Shown here piece after piece: positions 49,731 to 61,820 of a stretch of DNA of 64,000 nt. Both the position numbers and the translations under genes were made by a program. The notes below the pieces were generated by a model. That model worked only from the letters and a program-made list of their open reading frames with translations. It was not told where the DNA came from and searched no databases. Position 1 is the first letter of the stretch; each line of letters begins with the position of its first letter. The DNA is from Heterodontus francisci (lineage: Eukaryota), in NCBI RefSeq assembly GCF_036365525.1, contig NW_027140532.1, positions 1-64,000 of the forward strand, read 5' to 3'.

Positions 49731-50550
49731 CTGTGCTTCAAGGTATTTGTATTGGATGTGCAGTTTGTTGGGATGTCCCTGAGAAATGTGACAAGGTGTT
49801 TATATCAATACAAGATTACCTTGGCTTAGCCAATCATGGCCTGTCTCCCTGTGTATATCAATGAAAACCTTTATTGTACAATTTACCCACTCTGATCAGA
49901 TAATAAAACATTCCCGATGGAACGCGGCCTCAGCTGGGTGATATTTTATAACCAAAACCCTGGAACAAATCCTGCGATATTTCAGCACGTGCCGTGTTAA
50001 ACTGTCAATGTGGAGAGGGTACCGCCCCTTTAATTCCAGTGCAGATCCTGGGGAGGGGCTGCATTGGAGACTGACCTCCAGTGGCATTGCTCGGGAGTAG
50101 TCTGCACCACAGTCATGTTTAGCTGTGAAGATGGAGCTGCGTTTAGCCAGGCCTGCGCCTTTGAGTCCACTGGCCAGGCCCTGTGAGCGGGGACGCGGTC
50201 TGAACAAGGTCAGCTAGAGATTAATCACCAGGCCACGTCGGCGTATGTTGGCGGCTGCTGGTAAATCCTCGGCATCCTGCCCTCGGGGAGAGGCCGGGTT
50301 TCTATTGGTCAGAAGAAACCGGCAGGAAATGACTGGCTCTCTCTCTCTCATCAGTTGCTGTTGCCTTTGACACGAACGACACTCGATGTGCAGAGTTAAG
50401 GCAGGATTTAAATTCCATCTCTTCCTAACGACGTGTTTCAAATCCGACGGCGACAGGTAGAGGGTGCGAAGATGGCGACGCAGGCTCCTGCGGGCCGACT
50501 CAGGAGGACGATGCTCGCTGAGCTCCCTCTCCCGACCTTTCCACCACCCC
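49731..50550 (-). repeat. Right (inverted) copy of NOP9 3'UTR, lacking NOP9 coding sequence
   Basis: Reverse complement of 28908-29752; homology ends ~5 nt short of the NOP9 stop codon. Confidence 0.95.
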
Positions 50551-50553
50551 GTC

Positions 50554-50762
50554 TTACTCCTTAAGTTACATTTCAACTTGGGTTATGTTATCCCCTGAAT
50601 TACATATCAATCTGGATTTAAGTTGCTCCTTACAATACGTTTAACTTTGGTTGCAATTAATCCTTAAGTTATGTTTCAACTTTGGTTGAAGTTACTCCTT
50701 ATGTTACGTTTCGACTTGGGTTTGTGGCACTTTTAGATATTTCAGTTTGGGATTAAGTTACG
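50554..50762. repeat. Degenerate AT-rich ~34-bp tandem repeat (~6 units)
   Basis: TTACTCCTTAAGTTACATTTCAACTTGGGTT-like units. Confidence 0.65.
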
Positions 50763-51689
50763 CAAGAGCAGGGAGTTCTTGGCCTCCCGAGGCCAATATT
50801 TATACTGCAATCAGCATCACTAAAATAGATGATCTGGCCATTTATCACATCGTGTGGGATCTTGCTGTGTGCAAATTGGTTTACATGTTTCGTACATTGT
50901 GACAGCACGTACACTTCAATGGTACTTCACTGGCTCTGAGAGTCTTTGGAATGTCGTCAAGTGGTGTAAGATGCAGTGTAAATGGAAGACTGACTTTTCT
51001 TTCTTCTCTGCGCCATGTGTAAGGTGAACCCTGTCCTCATACAGAGAGTGTTACGAAAGTGCCTTCATGTTTTGTTAAATGTATTTTTTGAGGAAAACAA
51101 GCCTTTCCAGGAAACCACCTGACTTCCAGCTCAATAAACAACAGAGAGCTTTGGACACCTGGAGAAGTTGTTTACAAAGAAGTGGCAGGTCAAGATTGAT
51201 GGAGGGCAAAAGGTTGGCCTCCTGTTGTCGGTTTCACTTTGGAATTGTTTTGAGTTGGGGTTGAACGGTCTAAAAAGGGAGAGAGCTTCCAAGGAGAGAA
51301 GAGAACATCCAAGGAATTCCCAGCTCAGCTTTCCAGCACCTCTCTAAAAGACCCTGAGAAGTCCACTGTGTCAACTCACCTCATCTCATGTCTTTGAAGA
51401 AAATTCTGCTAAATTAATTCTCAACGCCGCCTGAAAGGAACCGTTCTAAAAGATCCCAGTGATCCGTCTACGTGTACTCGGAGGCCAGTTTTGGAACTAG
51501 AATAAACAGTGCACTCCTCCTGCCTCAGTTGTAACAACAGCATGTCACGTTTACCCAAATCTCAGTGAGTTCAGGCATGGCCGTAGCTTATGGGCCCCCC
51601 ACGTATGGAGGGGAACTGCTGGAGTTTCTTCAGCACCGAGCCTAAGCAAGCAGGGCACCACAGACCCTCGAAGATCATGAGACCAACTG

Positions 51690-52335
51690 TGGCAATACCT
51701 ATTTCCACTTCCGCAACATCTCCTGTCTCCGCCCCTGTCTCAGCTCATCCACGCCTTCATTACCTCTAGACTTGATGATTCCAACGCACTCCTGTCCGGC
51801 TTCCCACATTCAACCCTCTGTAGACTTGAGCTCATCCGAAACTCCACTGCCCCCTGTCCTAACTCGCAACAAATCACACATCGCCCCCCCGTGCTCGCTG
51901 ACCGACACTGGCTCCCGGTCAAGCAATGCCTCGATTTTAAAATTCTCGCCCTCATGTTCAAATCCCTCCGTGGCCTCACCCTCTCCCTATCTCTGTAACC
52001 TCCTCCGGCCCCCGCAACCCTCCGAGATCTCCGCTCCCCTCTAATTCCGGCCTCTCGAGCATCCCCCGATTTTAATCGCTCCACCATTGGCGGCCGTGCC
52101 TTCAGCTGCCTGGGCCCCGAGCTCTCGAATTGCCTCCCTGAACCTCTCCGCCTCTCTCTCCTCCTTTAAGATGCTCCTTAAAACCTCCCTCATTGACCGA
52201 GTTTTTGGCTGCCTGTCTTAAAAGCTTTTTATGTGGCTCGGGGTCAAATTTGATCAATAGCGCTCCTGTTCATCACCTTGGGATGCTTTGCTGCATTAAA
52301 GGCACAATATAAATGCAATTTGTTGTTGTTGTCAT
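51690..52335 (+). mobile_element. L2-like LINE 3' fragment (related pieces at ~18720-19010 and 21645-22200, -)
   Basis: CCTCGATTTTAAAATTCTC...CCATTGGCGGCCGTGCCTTCAGCTGCCTGGGCCC; tail ATATAAATGCAATT(TGT)n. Confidence 0.7.
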
Positions 52336-52646
52336 AGTTGAGATCGATTGTTGGAGGACGGGGGAGAGGGAAAGTGATGGGGGGTGGGGGGGAGGGCAAT
52401 TACGGGTTCCCCCAGAGACTTAGAGGCCTGGGTATTCCACCCCTTGGCACCTGTCAGCACAAACCTGGTGCTCACTCTCTGCAGCTGCCCGCCCCAGAAC
52501 TTCATTCAACAGGCCTTAACTCCTCCAATTTGGTGTCAGCCGTGGCTCACTGGGTCCCACACTCGTCACTGAGTCCGAAGGTCAAGAGTTTGAGTCCCCC
52601 ACTCCAGAACCTTGAGCCCCATAATCCAGGACCACGAACCCCGGTG

Positions 52647-54822
52647 CCAGTACTGAGGGAGTGCCGCATTGTCGGAGGGTTAGTACTGAGGGAGTGCTGC
52701 ACTGTCGGAGGGTCAGTACTGAGGGAGTGCCACACTGTCAGAGGGTCAGTACTGAGAGAGTGCCACACTGTCGGAGGGTCAGTACTGAGGGAGTGCTGTA
52801 CTGTTGGAGGGTCAGTACTGAGGGAGTGCCACACTGTCAGAGGGTCAGTCCTGAGGGAGTGCCACACTGTCGGAGGGTCACTACTGAGGGAGTGCCACAC
52901 TGTCGGAGGGTCAGTACTGAGAGAGTGCCACACTGTCGGAGGGTCAGTACTGAGGGAGTGCTGCACTGTCGGAGGGACAGTACTGAGGGAGTGCCGCACT
53001 GTCGGAGGGTCAGTACTGAGAGAGTGCCACACTGTCGGAGGGTCAGTACTGAAGGAGTGCCGCATTGTCGGAGGGTCAGTACTGAGGGAGTGCTGCACTG
53101 TTGGAGGGTCAGTACTGAGGGAGTGCTGCACTGTTGGAGGGTCCGTACTAAGGGAGTGCTGCACTGTCGGAGGGTCAGTACTGAGGGAGTGCTGCACTGT
53201 TGGAGGGTCCGTACTGAGGGAGTGCCGCACTGTCGGAGGGTCAGTACTGAGGGAGTGCTGCACTGTCGGAGGTTCAGTACTGAGGAAGTGCTGCACCGTC
53301 GGAGGGTCAGTACTGAAGGAGTGCCACATTGTCGGAGGGTCAATACTGAGGGAGTGCTGCACTGTTGGAGGGTCAGTACTGAGGGAGTGCTGCACTGTTG
53401 GAGGGTCCGTACTGAGGGAGTGCTGCACTGTTGGAGGGTCCGTACTGAGGGAGTGCCGCACTGTTGGAGGGTCAGTACTGAGGGAGTGCTGCACTGTCGG
53501 AGGTTCAGTACTGAGGAAGTGCTGCACTGTCGGAGGGTCAGTACTGAAGGAGCGCTGCACTGTCGGAGTGTCAGTACTGAGGGAGTGCTGCACTGTTGGA
53601 GGGTCAGTACTGAGGGAGCGCTGCACTGTCGGTGGGTCAGTACTGAGGGAGTGCTGCACTGTCAGAGGATCAGTACTGAGGGAGTGCTGCACTGTCAGAG
53701 GGTCGGTACAGAGGGAGTGCTGCACTGTCGGAGGGTCAGTACTGAGGGAGTGCTGCACTGTTGGAGGGTCCGTACTGAGGGAGTGCTGCACTGTCGGAGG
53801 GTCAGCACTGAAGGAGTGCCGCATTGTTGGAGGGTCAGTACTGAGGGAGTGCTGCACTGTGGGAGGGTCAGTACTGAGGGAGTGCTGCACTGTCGGAGGG
53901 TCAGTACTGAGGGAGTGCTGCACTGTCGGAGGGTCAGTACTGAGGGAGTGCTGCACTTTCGGAGGGTCCGTACTGAGGGAGTGCTGCACTGTCGGAGGGT
54001 CAGTACTGAGGGAGTGCCACACTGTGGAAGGGTCAGTACTGAGAGAGTGCCACACTGTCGGAGGGTCAGTACTGAGAGAGTGCCGCATTGTCGGAGGGTC
54101 AGTACTGAGGGAGTGCTGCATTGTCGGAGGGTCAGTACTGAGGGAGTGCTGCACTGTTGGAGGGTCCGTACTGAGGGAGTGCCGCACTGTTGGAGGGTCA
54201 GTACTGAGGGAGTGCTGCACTGTCGGAGGGTCAGTACTGAAGGAGCGCTGCACTGTCAGAGGATCAGTACTGAGGGAGTGCTGCACTATCAGAGGGTCGG
54301 TACAGAGGGATTGCTGCACTGTCAGAGGGTCAGTACTGAGGGAGTGCTGCACTGTCAGAGGGTCGGTACAGAGGGAGTGCTGCACTGTCGGAGGGTCAGT
54401 ACTGAGGGAGCCCTGCACTGTGGGAGGGTCAGTACTGAGGGAGTGCTGCACTGTCGGAGGGTCAGTACTGAGGGAGTGCTGCACTGTCGGAAGGTCAGTA
54501 CTGAGGGAGTGCTGCACTGTCGGAAGGTCAGTACTGAGGGAGTGCCGCACTGTGGGAGGGTCAGTACTGAGGGAGTGCTGCACTGTTGGAGGGTCAGTAC
54601 TGAGGGAGTGCTGCACTGTCGGAGGGTCAGTACTGAGGGAGCCCTGCACTGTGGGAGGGTCAGTACTGAGGGAGTGCTGCACTGTCGGAGGGTCAGTACT
54701 GAGGGAGTGCTGCACTGTCGGAGGGTCCGTACTGAGGGAGCGCTGCACTATCGAAGGGCCTGTACTGAGGGAGCGCTGCACTGTCGGAGGGTCAGTACTG
54801 AGGGAGTGCCGCACTGTCAGTG
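52647..54822. repeat. 33-bp minisatellite, ~66 copies, embedded in a Deu-type SINE (~52530-55100)
   Basis: Unit GTACTGAGGGAGTGCTGCACTGTCGGAGGGTCA; SINE head upstream and SINE body downstream. Confidence 0.97.
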
Positions 54823-55529
54823 GTGCTGTCTTTAGATGACAATTTAAACTGTGGGCCCGCTCTGCTCTCTCAGGTGGACTTAAACAATGCCACGGCTGTT
54901 ACTGTAAGAAGGTGCGGGGGGGGGGGGGGAAGAAGTGGGGGAGTCTAACCCCGGGGTCCTGGGGCCGATATGTATCCTGCAATCAACATCAATTTTAAAA
55001 AAAATGGACCGGCTCATTCCTCACATTGCTGTTCATGGGATCTTGCTGTGCGCGAATTGCCTGCCGTGTTTCCTGCATTCAGACACTGACCACACTTCAT
55101 TGGGTCCTTGGCGCCACCAAAATGCAAGGGCTTCTTGTGAAGGTCAAACCCGCACATCACAGATCCCTCGGCTTTTGTCGAGCGTGACGTATTCAGGAAT
55201 TTCTTGAAGGGATCGGGTAAGTTTAAAGGCTGAGAGTTGGTCTTCCTTTCCCACCCCCCCCCCCCCCCCCCCCCAACACCCTCCACCCTCAGCTTGCCCC
55301 ACCTCCTCACCTCTTAGACTGACAAACAGCTCCTGAACTGGGAGGGTTGACACAGGTGAAAGGGCCCCAGCAGCTCAGGGCGAATTTTCTGCCTGCACCT
55401 TCCCTTTCATCTGGTGCCCTGGGGCACTTCACCGTGCAGGCAGGCAGACAGCTGCACTTACAGGAAAGCACAGAACTCGACAAACTCAAAGACTGACGTC
55501 GCTTTTGTAGAAACAGGAAGAGCGAGGAA

Positions 55530-55566
<37 letters not shown>

Positions 55567-55879
55567 ACGGGAGAAAGAGAAGGGTAAAGTTTGACTTTCA
55601 GATGAAATTTTTCACTGCCGATTATTTACTTGCAAGGTCGCAGAATGTCGTGAGGTCGTGTGTGTTGCCAAACACATCAAAGAGTCGGGCTTTTCTGCTG
55701 GGGAAATGAACTGTGAGCTCCATGGCCCGTCAAAAATTCCCAGGACAGGTACAGCAAGGCAAAAAAAAAAACGGGCGTTAGATACAGAGTAAAGCTCCCT
55801 CTACGCTGTCCCATCAAACACTCCCAGGACAGGTACAGTACGGGGTTAGATATAGAGTAAAGCTGAAGCTATATCAGAA

Positions 55880-57150
55880 CGATGTAAGTTGTGAAGAGGA
55901 CATAAGGAGGCTACAAAGGGATATAGATAGGTTAGGTGAGTGGGCAAAGAGCTGGCAAATGGAGTATAATGCGGGAAAATGTGAAATTGTCCATTTTGGC
56001 AGGAAGAATAAAAAAGATTGATATTATCTAAATGATGAGAGATTGCGGAGCTCTGAGATGCAGAGGGATCTGGGTGTCCTAGTGCATGAATCACAAAAGG
56101 TTAGTATGCAGGTACAGCACATAATTAGGAAAGTTAATAGAATGTTCTAGTTTATCGTGAGGGGCATTGAATACAAAAGTAGGGAGGTTATGCTTCAGCT
56201 ATACAGGGTATTGGTGAGACCACATCTGGAGTACTGTGTACAGTACTGGTCTCCTTAGTTAAGCAAGGATGTAAATGCATTGGAAGCAGTTCAGAGAAGG
56301 TTTACTAGATTAATACCTGGAATGGGTGGGCTGTCTTATGAGGAAAGGGTGGACAGGCTAGGCTTGTATCCGCTGGAGTTTAGAAGAGTAAGAGGTGACT
56401 TGATTGAAACATATAAGATCCTGAGGGGTCTTGACAGGGTGGATGTGGAAAGGATGTTTCCCCTTGTGGGAGAATCTAGAACTAGGGGTCACTGTTTAAA
56501 AATAAGGGGTCGTCCATTTAAGACAGAGATGAGGAGAATTTTTTTCTCTGAGGGTCGTGAGTCTTTGGAACTCTCTTCCTCAAAAGGCGGTGGAAGCAGA
56601 GTCTTTGAATATTTTGAAGGCAGAGGTAGATAGATTCCTGATAAGCAAGGGGGTGAAAGGTTATCGGGGGTCGGTGGGAATGTGGAGTTGAGGTTACAAT
56701 CAGATCAGCCATGATCTTGTTGAATGGGAGAGCAGGCTCGAGGGGCCGAGTGGCCTCCTCCTGCTCCTAATTCGTATGTTTGTTTGTAGGATGAGAGGTG
56801 ATATAATTGATATGTATAAAATTCTTCGAGGGCTCGAAAGTTCAGAGGTTGTTTCCCCCCCGGCTGTAGAATCTACAGTCATAATCGCAGGATAATGGGG
56901 GGTCGGCCATGTTGGACCGAGATGAGGAGAAATCTCTTCACTCAGGGTTGTGAATCTTTGGGAATTCTCTACCTCAGGGAGCTGTGGATGGTCAGTCATT
57001 GAGTATATTCATGACAGAGATCGATAGGTTTTTAGGAAATCAAGGGAAATAGGGAGCGGGCGGGAAAGTGGAGTTGAGGTCGAAGATTAGACTCTATTAT
57101 ATTGAATGGTGGAACAGGCTCGAGGCCTACTCCTGCTCCTATTTCTACTG
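55880..57150 (+). mobile_element. Tandem CR1 LINE 3' fragments
   Basis: AVQRRFTRLIPGMGGLSYEERVDRLGLYPLEFRRVRGD; two CCTGCTCCTA tails. Confidence 0.88.
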
Positions 57151-57281
57151 ATCATCAGGGGATGAAAGAGTTAAAACGGAATGAGGTTTGGCTGATTATT
57201 TTCCTCCGTGACTCGTGACTGGTTCTTTCTTTCCCGTTGATGCAGGCCTCTGAGGATAAAGGAGTGAGGCAGGGGGCAGCC

Positions 57282-57758
57282 ATGAGCAGAGCGACCCAGG
57301 CCAGTAGGCCTCAGGCCTCGCCTCCACCTGTCCAGCACCGGCCCAGGCCCCCGCCGCCGGCGCTGCCGGCACCGCCGGCCGCCCCCCAGCCCGAGGAGGG
57401 GGGCCGGGACCCGGTCCACGGGCGGTGCCGGCAGGAGCTGCTGGAGGCCAAGGCCCTGGCGGCCAACCTGGAGAAGACGGTGCGCTGGTGGTCCGACTGC
57501 AGCGCTCGCTGGAAGGAGAAGTGGGGCAAGGCCAACCTGGAGAAGGTGAGGTGCCGGCGGGAGTGCCAGCTGCTCAGGCAGAAGGTCAAGTCCCTGCACC
57601 GCGAGGTCAGCCAGCTCAAGGCCGAGCTGGGAGAGGCGGGCGAGGAAGAGGCCGTGCCGGCGGCCAGAGGCGGCCAGGAACGGGGATGGCAACCGGCGAG
57701 CGGCCGCGGCGGTGAAGGGCCGGGCGCGGGGGCCCGACGAGTGCGGCACCCCGAAAAG
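57282..57758 (+). CDS. CCDC102-family coiled-coil protein, first coding exon
   Basis: RQELLEAKALAANLEKTVRWWSDCSARWKEKWGK resembles CCDC102A/B [33 protein letters not shown]; acceptor at 57245, gccATGa, phase-0 donor AAG|gtgggc. Confidence 0.85.
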
Positions 57759-58178
57759 GTGGGCTTGCTGGCGCGCGGGATATTCCCGGCACACGGATTT
57801 GACGCCCCCCCCCACCCCCCCCCCCATCACCCCGCCCCGGCCAGGTCACCAGAGGTTGAAAGGTCAACGTCCAACCCCCCGCTGTCCCCCCTACCCTCAG
57901 TAGCCCCAACCCCCTCCGCCCATCTGAGAGCGTGAAAGGCCATTCTTTGACCTACTGACCCCCCCCCCCCCCACCCCCTCACCCACCCAGCACTCCCATC
58001 CGGGGCTGTATTTGACCCCAAGTCTCCAGAGGGTGACCCCACTGCCCAAACCCCGCCAGCTAGCCATTCCCAATCGCTCATGAGATGGGCTTTAATCAAT
58101 GTTTTGGTGGTTATGGGATGGGAATGATGGCAGTGATGGGAGCGATGAATCGGCTAACAAAATATTTGTTCCCCGAAG

Positions 58179-58378
58179 GGGGCAGATTTATTGGACGAGG
58201 ACCAGGAGCAGCCGGCGACCGAGGAGGAGGACCCCGAGGGCGTCCTTGCTGCCTGCCTGAGCTGCAAGTGCAGCGTGAGGAGTGAGAGGGGTCCGGGGGA
58301 CGAGGCAACGGTCGGGCACGGGACTGGGCGGCTGGACCGGCAGCGGGAATGGCCAAGAGGGACACGGCAACACCGAGG
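58179..58378 (+). CDS. CCDC102-like gene, putative exon 2
   Basis: CTAAC branch point at 58154, aag acceptor, open in phase 0 (GADLLDEDQEQPATEEED...), gtgagt donor. Confidence 0.55.
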
Positions 58379-58909
58379 GTGAGTGAGACAAACCGATGAG
58401 GGAGTAAAAGCAAAATACTGCAGATGCTGGAAATCCGAAACAAAAACAAGAAACGCTGGGAAATGCTCAGCAGGTCTGGCAGCATCTGTGGAGAGAGAAG
58501 CAGAGTTAACGTTTCAGGGTCAGTGACCCTGAACTGGCAAATATTGGAAATGTAATAGGTTTTAAGCAAGTAAAGCGGGGCAAGAGGTAACGAAAGAGGT
58601 GTTGATAGGACAGAGGGTCACAGAGAATAACTGACCAGAAGGTCAAGGAACAAAGGCAAACGGTATGTTAATGGTGTGCTGAAAGACAAAGCGTTAGTGC
58701 AGAGAGGGTGTTAATTGACATAAAAATGATTAGAAAGCCCGTCCCAAGTCAGGAACGTTCCTGGCTGTGTACTGTGCTTGTGCATATACAGGAGCTGACA
58801 CTGAGACACATACACACATGGGCCGTACGGTACCAGACGGGAGTGAATCGTTCCCTGTTCCCCAATGGTCCTTGCTGTTACTAACACAATCTGCCTCTTG
58901 TTTTCTCAG

Positions 58910-59015
58910 AGATCAGCTCCTTATTCCCGGACAGCACGAGATCCCAACACGTGTCACAAAACAGCAAAGAGTTGTGTCTTTGGGAAAGGGAGACTACAAG
59001 GCAGGAATTAGGCAG
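58910..59015 (+). CDS. CCDC102-like gene, putative exon 3
   Basis: CTAAC at 58881, pyrimidine tract, tcag acceptor, CAG|gtagg donor; phase-consistent, no homology recognised. Confidence 0.45.
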
Positions 59016-59906
59016 GTAGGCGATTGTGGAGATCGGTTTAGATTTCACGGCTACACCATCCCTCAGAGAGAGAGGGGGAGACCTTCATGGACCCTATGAC
59101 TGGGCTGGGGCCGGACTTGACCCCTGTGGGTGAAAGGTCAAAGGTCAAGAGCCCCGCCGCCTTCCCCCCTTCCTCCCCCAGCCCCCAAACGCCCCCTCCA
59201 GCCGACAGAGGCGAACGTTAAAGGCTTCATGGCCACTATTGGATGAATGTCATCGTTACTCCGTCCACCGCCACAGCCGAATGCGGTCACCACCACCCAC
59301 CCCCACATGCTGTTTGTGGGATCCTTCTGTGCGCCAAAATGGCCGCCGCACGGCCCGCGTCATAACGGTGACTGCGCTACCCCGTTATCTGTGAGGAGCT
59401 CCGAGGCGTTCGCATGTGACACGGAGGGCTCCGTCTTACTAGGCCTCTGGCTTGGCGGCTCTCCCTCCCGCCTCAAATGTCAGAGTCTCCGCTCCAGAGG
59501 CTTGAGCCCCGGGTCATGGATCGGCACTCCTGGCGCTCGTACTGAGAGAGCGCTGCAGTGCCGGAGGCGCCGTCTCTTGGGCGAGACGTTAAACCGAGGG
59601 CCCCGTCTGCCCGCTCAGGCGCACTCAAAAGATCCTACGGCTGCTATTGGAAGGATGGTGGGGAGTGGGGGGCTTGGGGGGTTGTGGTGGGGGAGGGATC
59701 TCCCAGCTGTCAAAGTTAATCCCTCAACTAACAAGCATTGGTGTTTGTTGGATCTTGCTGTGCGCAAATTGGCTGCAAATCGTTTCCTGCATTGCAACAG
59801 GGACTACCAAAAAAAGAGTGCTTTGGGTCTTGCTGAGGTCGAGGGAGGCACAGTCATGAAACGTGTATCTGTCCTTTATTGAGGACGATCTCTCCTTGTC
59901 TCTCAG

Positions 59907-59942
59907 CAGGTGGCGATATTGGACCATCAGACGCAGCCTTGA
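59907..59942 (+). CDS. CCDC102-like gene, putative last coding exon (QVAILDHQTQP*)
   Basis: Pyrimidine tract + NAGNAG acceptor; TGA at 59940-59942; AATAAA at 62104-62109. Confidence 0.35.
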   Translation, partial: QVAILDHQTQP

Positions 59943-60216
59943 AGCCGAGACCCAGGTGGATCGAAGTCAGGAGGAGCTCGGATTCCCGGGGTTGGTGGGG
60001 GTCCCGTGGACCATCCAATCTCAGAGCACGTGCGCAGGAAGCCGCCCGATTGCAATAGACCTGTTAGGTGGGGGGGGGGGGTGGGGGCCTGTCGGTCATG
60101 TGCAGCAGAGTGAGACGTTCATTTTGTTACCTTCCCGCATTTGTCGCTGCCTTGACACCACGGTCAGCAGACAACAGTAAAATGCCCTGGGAACGTGAGC
60201 GAGGCAGTGGCAATTC

Positions 60217-61820
60217 ACACTGTATTCCCCAGGCGTTCGAACTGTATTCTCCTGGCTGTCTGACTGTATTCTCCTGATATCTGACTGTATTCTCCTGGCT
60301 GTCTGACTGTATTCTCCTGATCTCTGACTGTATTCTCCAGGCTCTCTGACTGTATTCCTGCTCTCTGACTGTATTCTCCTGGCTCTCTGACTGTATTCCC
60401 TGCTCTCTGACTGTATTCTCCTGATCTCTGACTGTATTCTCCTGGCTCTCTGACTGTATTCTCCTGGCTGTCTGACTGTATTCTCCTGATATCTGACTGT
60501 ATTCTCCTGGCTGTCTGACTGTATTCTCCTGATCTCTGACTGTATTCTCCAGGCTCTCTGACTGTATTCCTGCTCTCTGACTGTATTCTCCTGGCTCTCT
60601 GACTGTATTCCCTGCTCTCTGACTGTATTCTCCTGATCTCTGACTGTATTCTCCTGGCTCTCTGACTGTATTCCCTGCTCTCTGACTGTATTCTCCTGAT
60701 CTCTGACTGTATTCTCCTGATCTCTGACTGTAGTCTCCTGGCTCTCTGACTGTATTCCCTGCTCTCTGACTGTATTCTCCTGATCTCTGACTGTATTCTC
60801 CAGGCTCTCTGACTGTATTCCCCAGGCGTTCGAACTGTATTCTCCTGGCTGTCTGACTGTATTCTCCTGATCTCTGACTGTATTCTCCTGGCTGTCTGAC
60901 TGTATTCTCCTGATCTCTGACTGTATTCTCCAGGCTCTCTGACTGTATTCCCTGCTCTCTGACTGTATTCTCCTGGCTCTCTGACTGTATTCCCTGCTCT
61001 CTGACTGTATTCTCCTGATCTCTGACTGTATTCTCCTGGCTCTCTGACTGTATTCCCTGCTCTCTGACTGTATTCTCCTGATCTCTGACTGTATTCTCCA
61101 GGCTCTCTGACTGTATTCCCTGCTCTCTGACTGTATTCTCCAGGCTCTCTGACTGTATTCTCCTGGCTCTCTGACTGTATTCCCTGGCTCTCTGACTGTA
61201 TTCTCCTGGCTGTCTGACTGTATTCTCCTGATCTCTGACTGTATTCTCCTGGCTGTCTGACTGTATTCTCCTGATCTCTGACTGTATTCTCCAGGCTCTC
61301 TGACTGTATTCCCTGCTCTCTGACTGTATTCTCCTGGCTCTCTGACTGTATTCCCTGCTCTCTGACTGTATTCTCCTGATCTCTGACTGTATTCTCCTGG
61401 CTCTCTGACTGTATTCCCTGCTCTCTGACTGTATTCTCCTGATCTCTGACTGTATTCTCCAGGCTCTCTGACTGTATTCCCTGCTCTCTGACTGTATTCT
61501 CCAGGCTCTCTGACTGTATTCTCCTGGCTCTCTGACTGTATTCCCTGGCTCTCTGACTATATTCCCCTGGCTCTCTGACTATATTCCCCTGACTGTATTC
61601 TCCTGGCTCTCTGACTGTATTCCCCTGGTCTCTGACTGCATTCCCCTGGTCTCTGACTGTATTCTCCTGGCTCTCTGACTGTATTCTCCTGGCTCTCTGA
61701 CTGTATTCTCCTGGCTCTCTGACTGTATTCCCCTGGCTCTCTGACTGTATTCCCTGGCTCTCTGACTGTATTCCCCTGGGCTCTGACTGTATTCTTCAAG
61801 CTCTCTGACTATATGCTTCA
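60217..61820. repeat. ~21-23 bp minisatellite (CTCTCTGACTGTATTCTCCTGG) with higher-order structure
   Basis: Direct reading; variant unit CAGGCGTTCGAACTG at ~60230 and ~60823. Confidence 0.95.

Noticed and set aside
49731-50550. Processed NOP9 pseudogene
   Set aside because: No poly(A) tail or TSD, and homology extends ~140 nt beyond the poly(A) signal into a SINE, so it is a DNA-level duplication
52338-54839. 833/755/724-aa ORFs with 11-aa Cys-rich repeats (SVLRECCTVGG)
   Set aside because: Open on both strands and in several frames simply because the 33-bp SINE-derived unit is a multiple of 3 and lacks stops in those frames; no gene context
55430-55583. Non-coding first exon of the CCDC102-like gene (donor-like AGG|gtaaag)
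   Set aside because: Plausible but unsupported without transcript data
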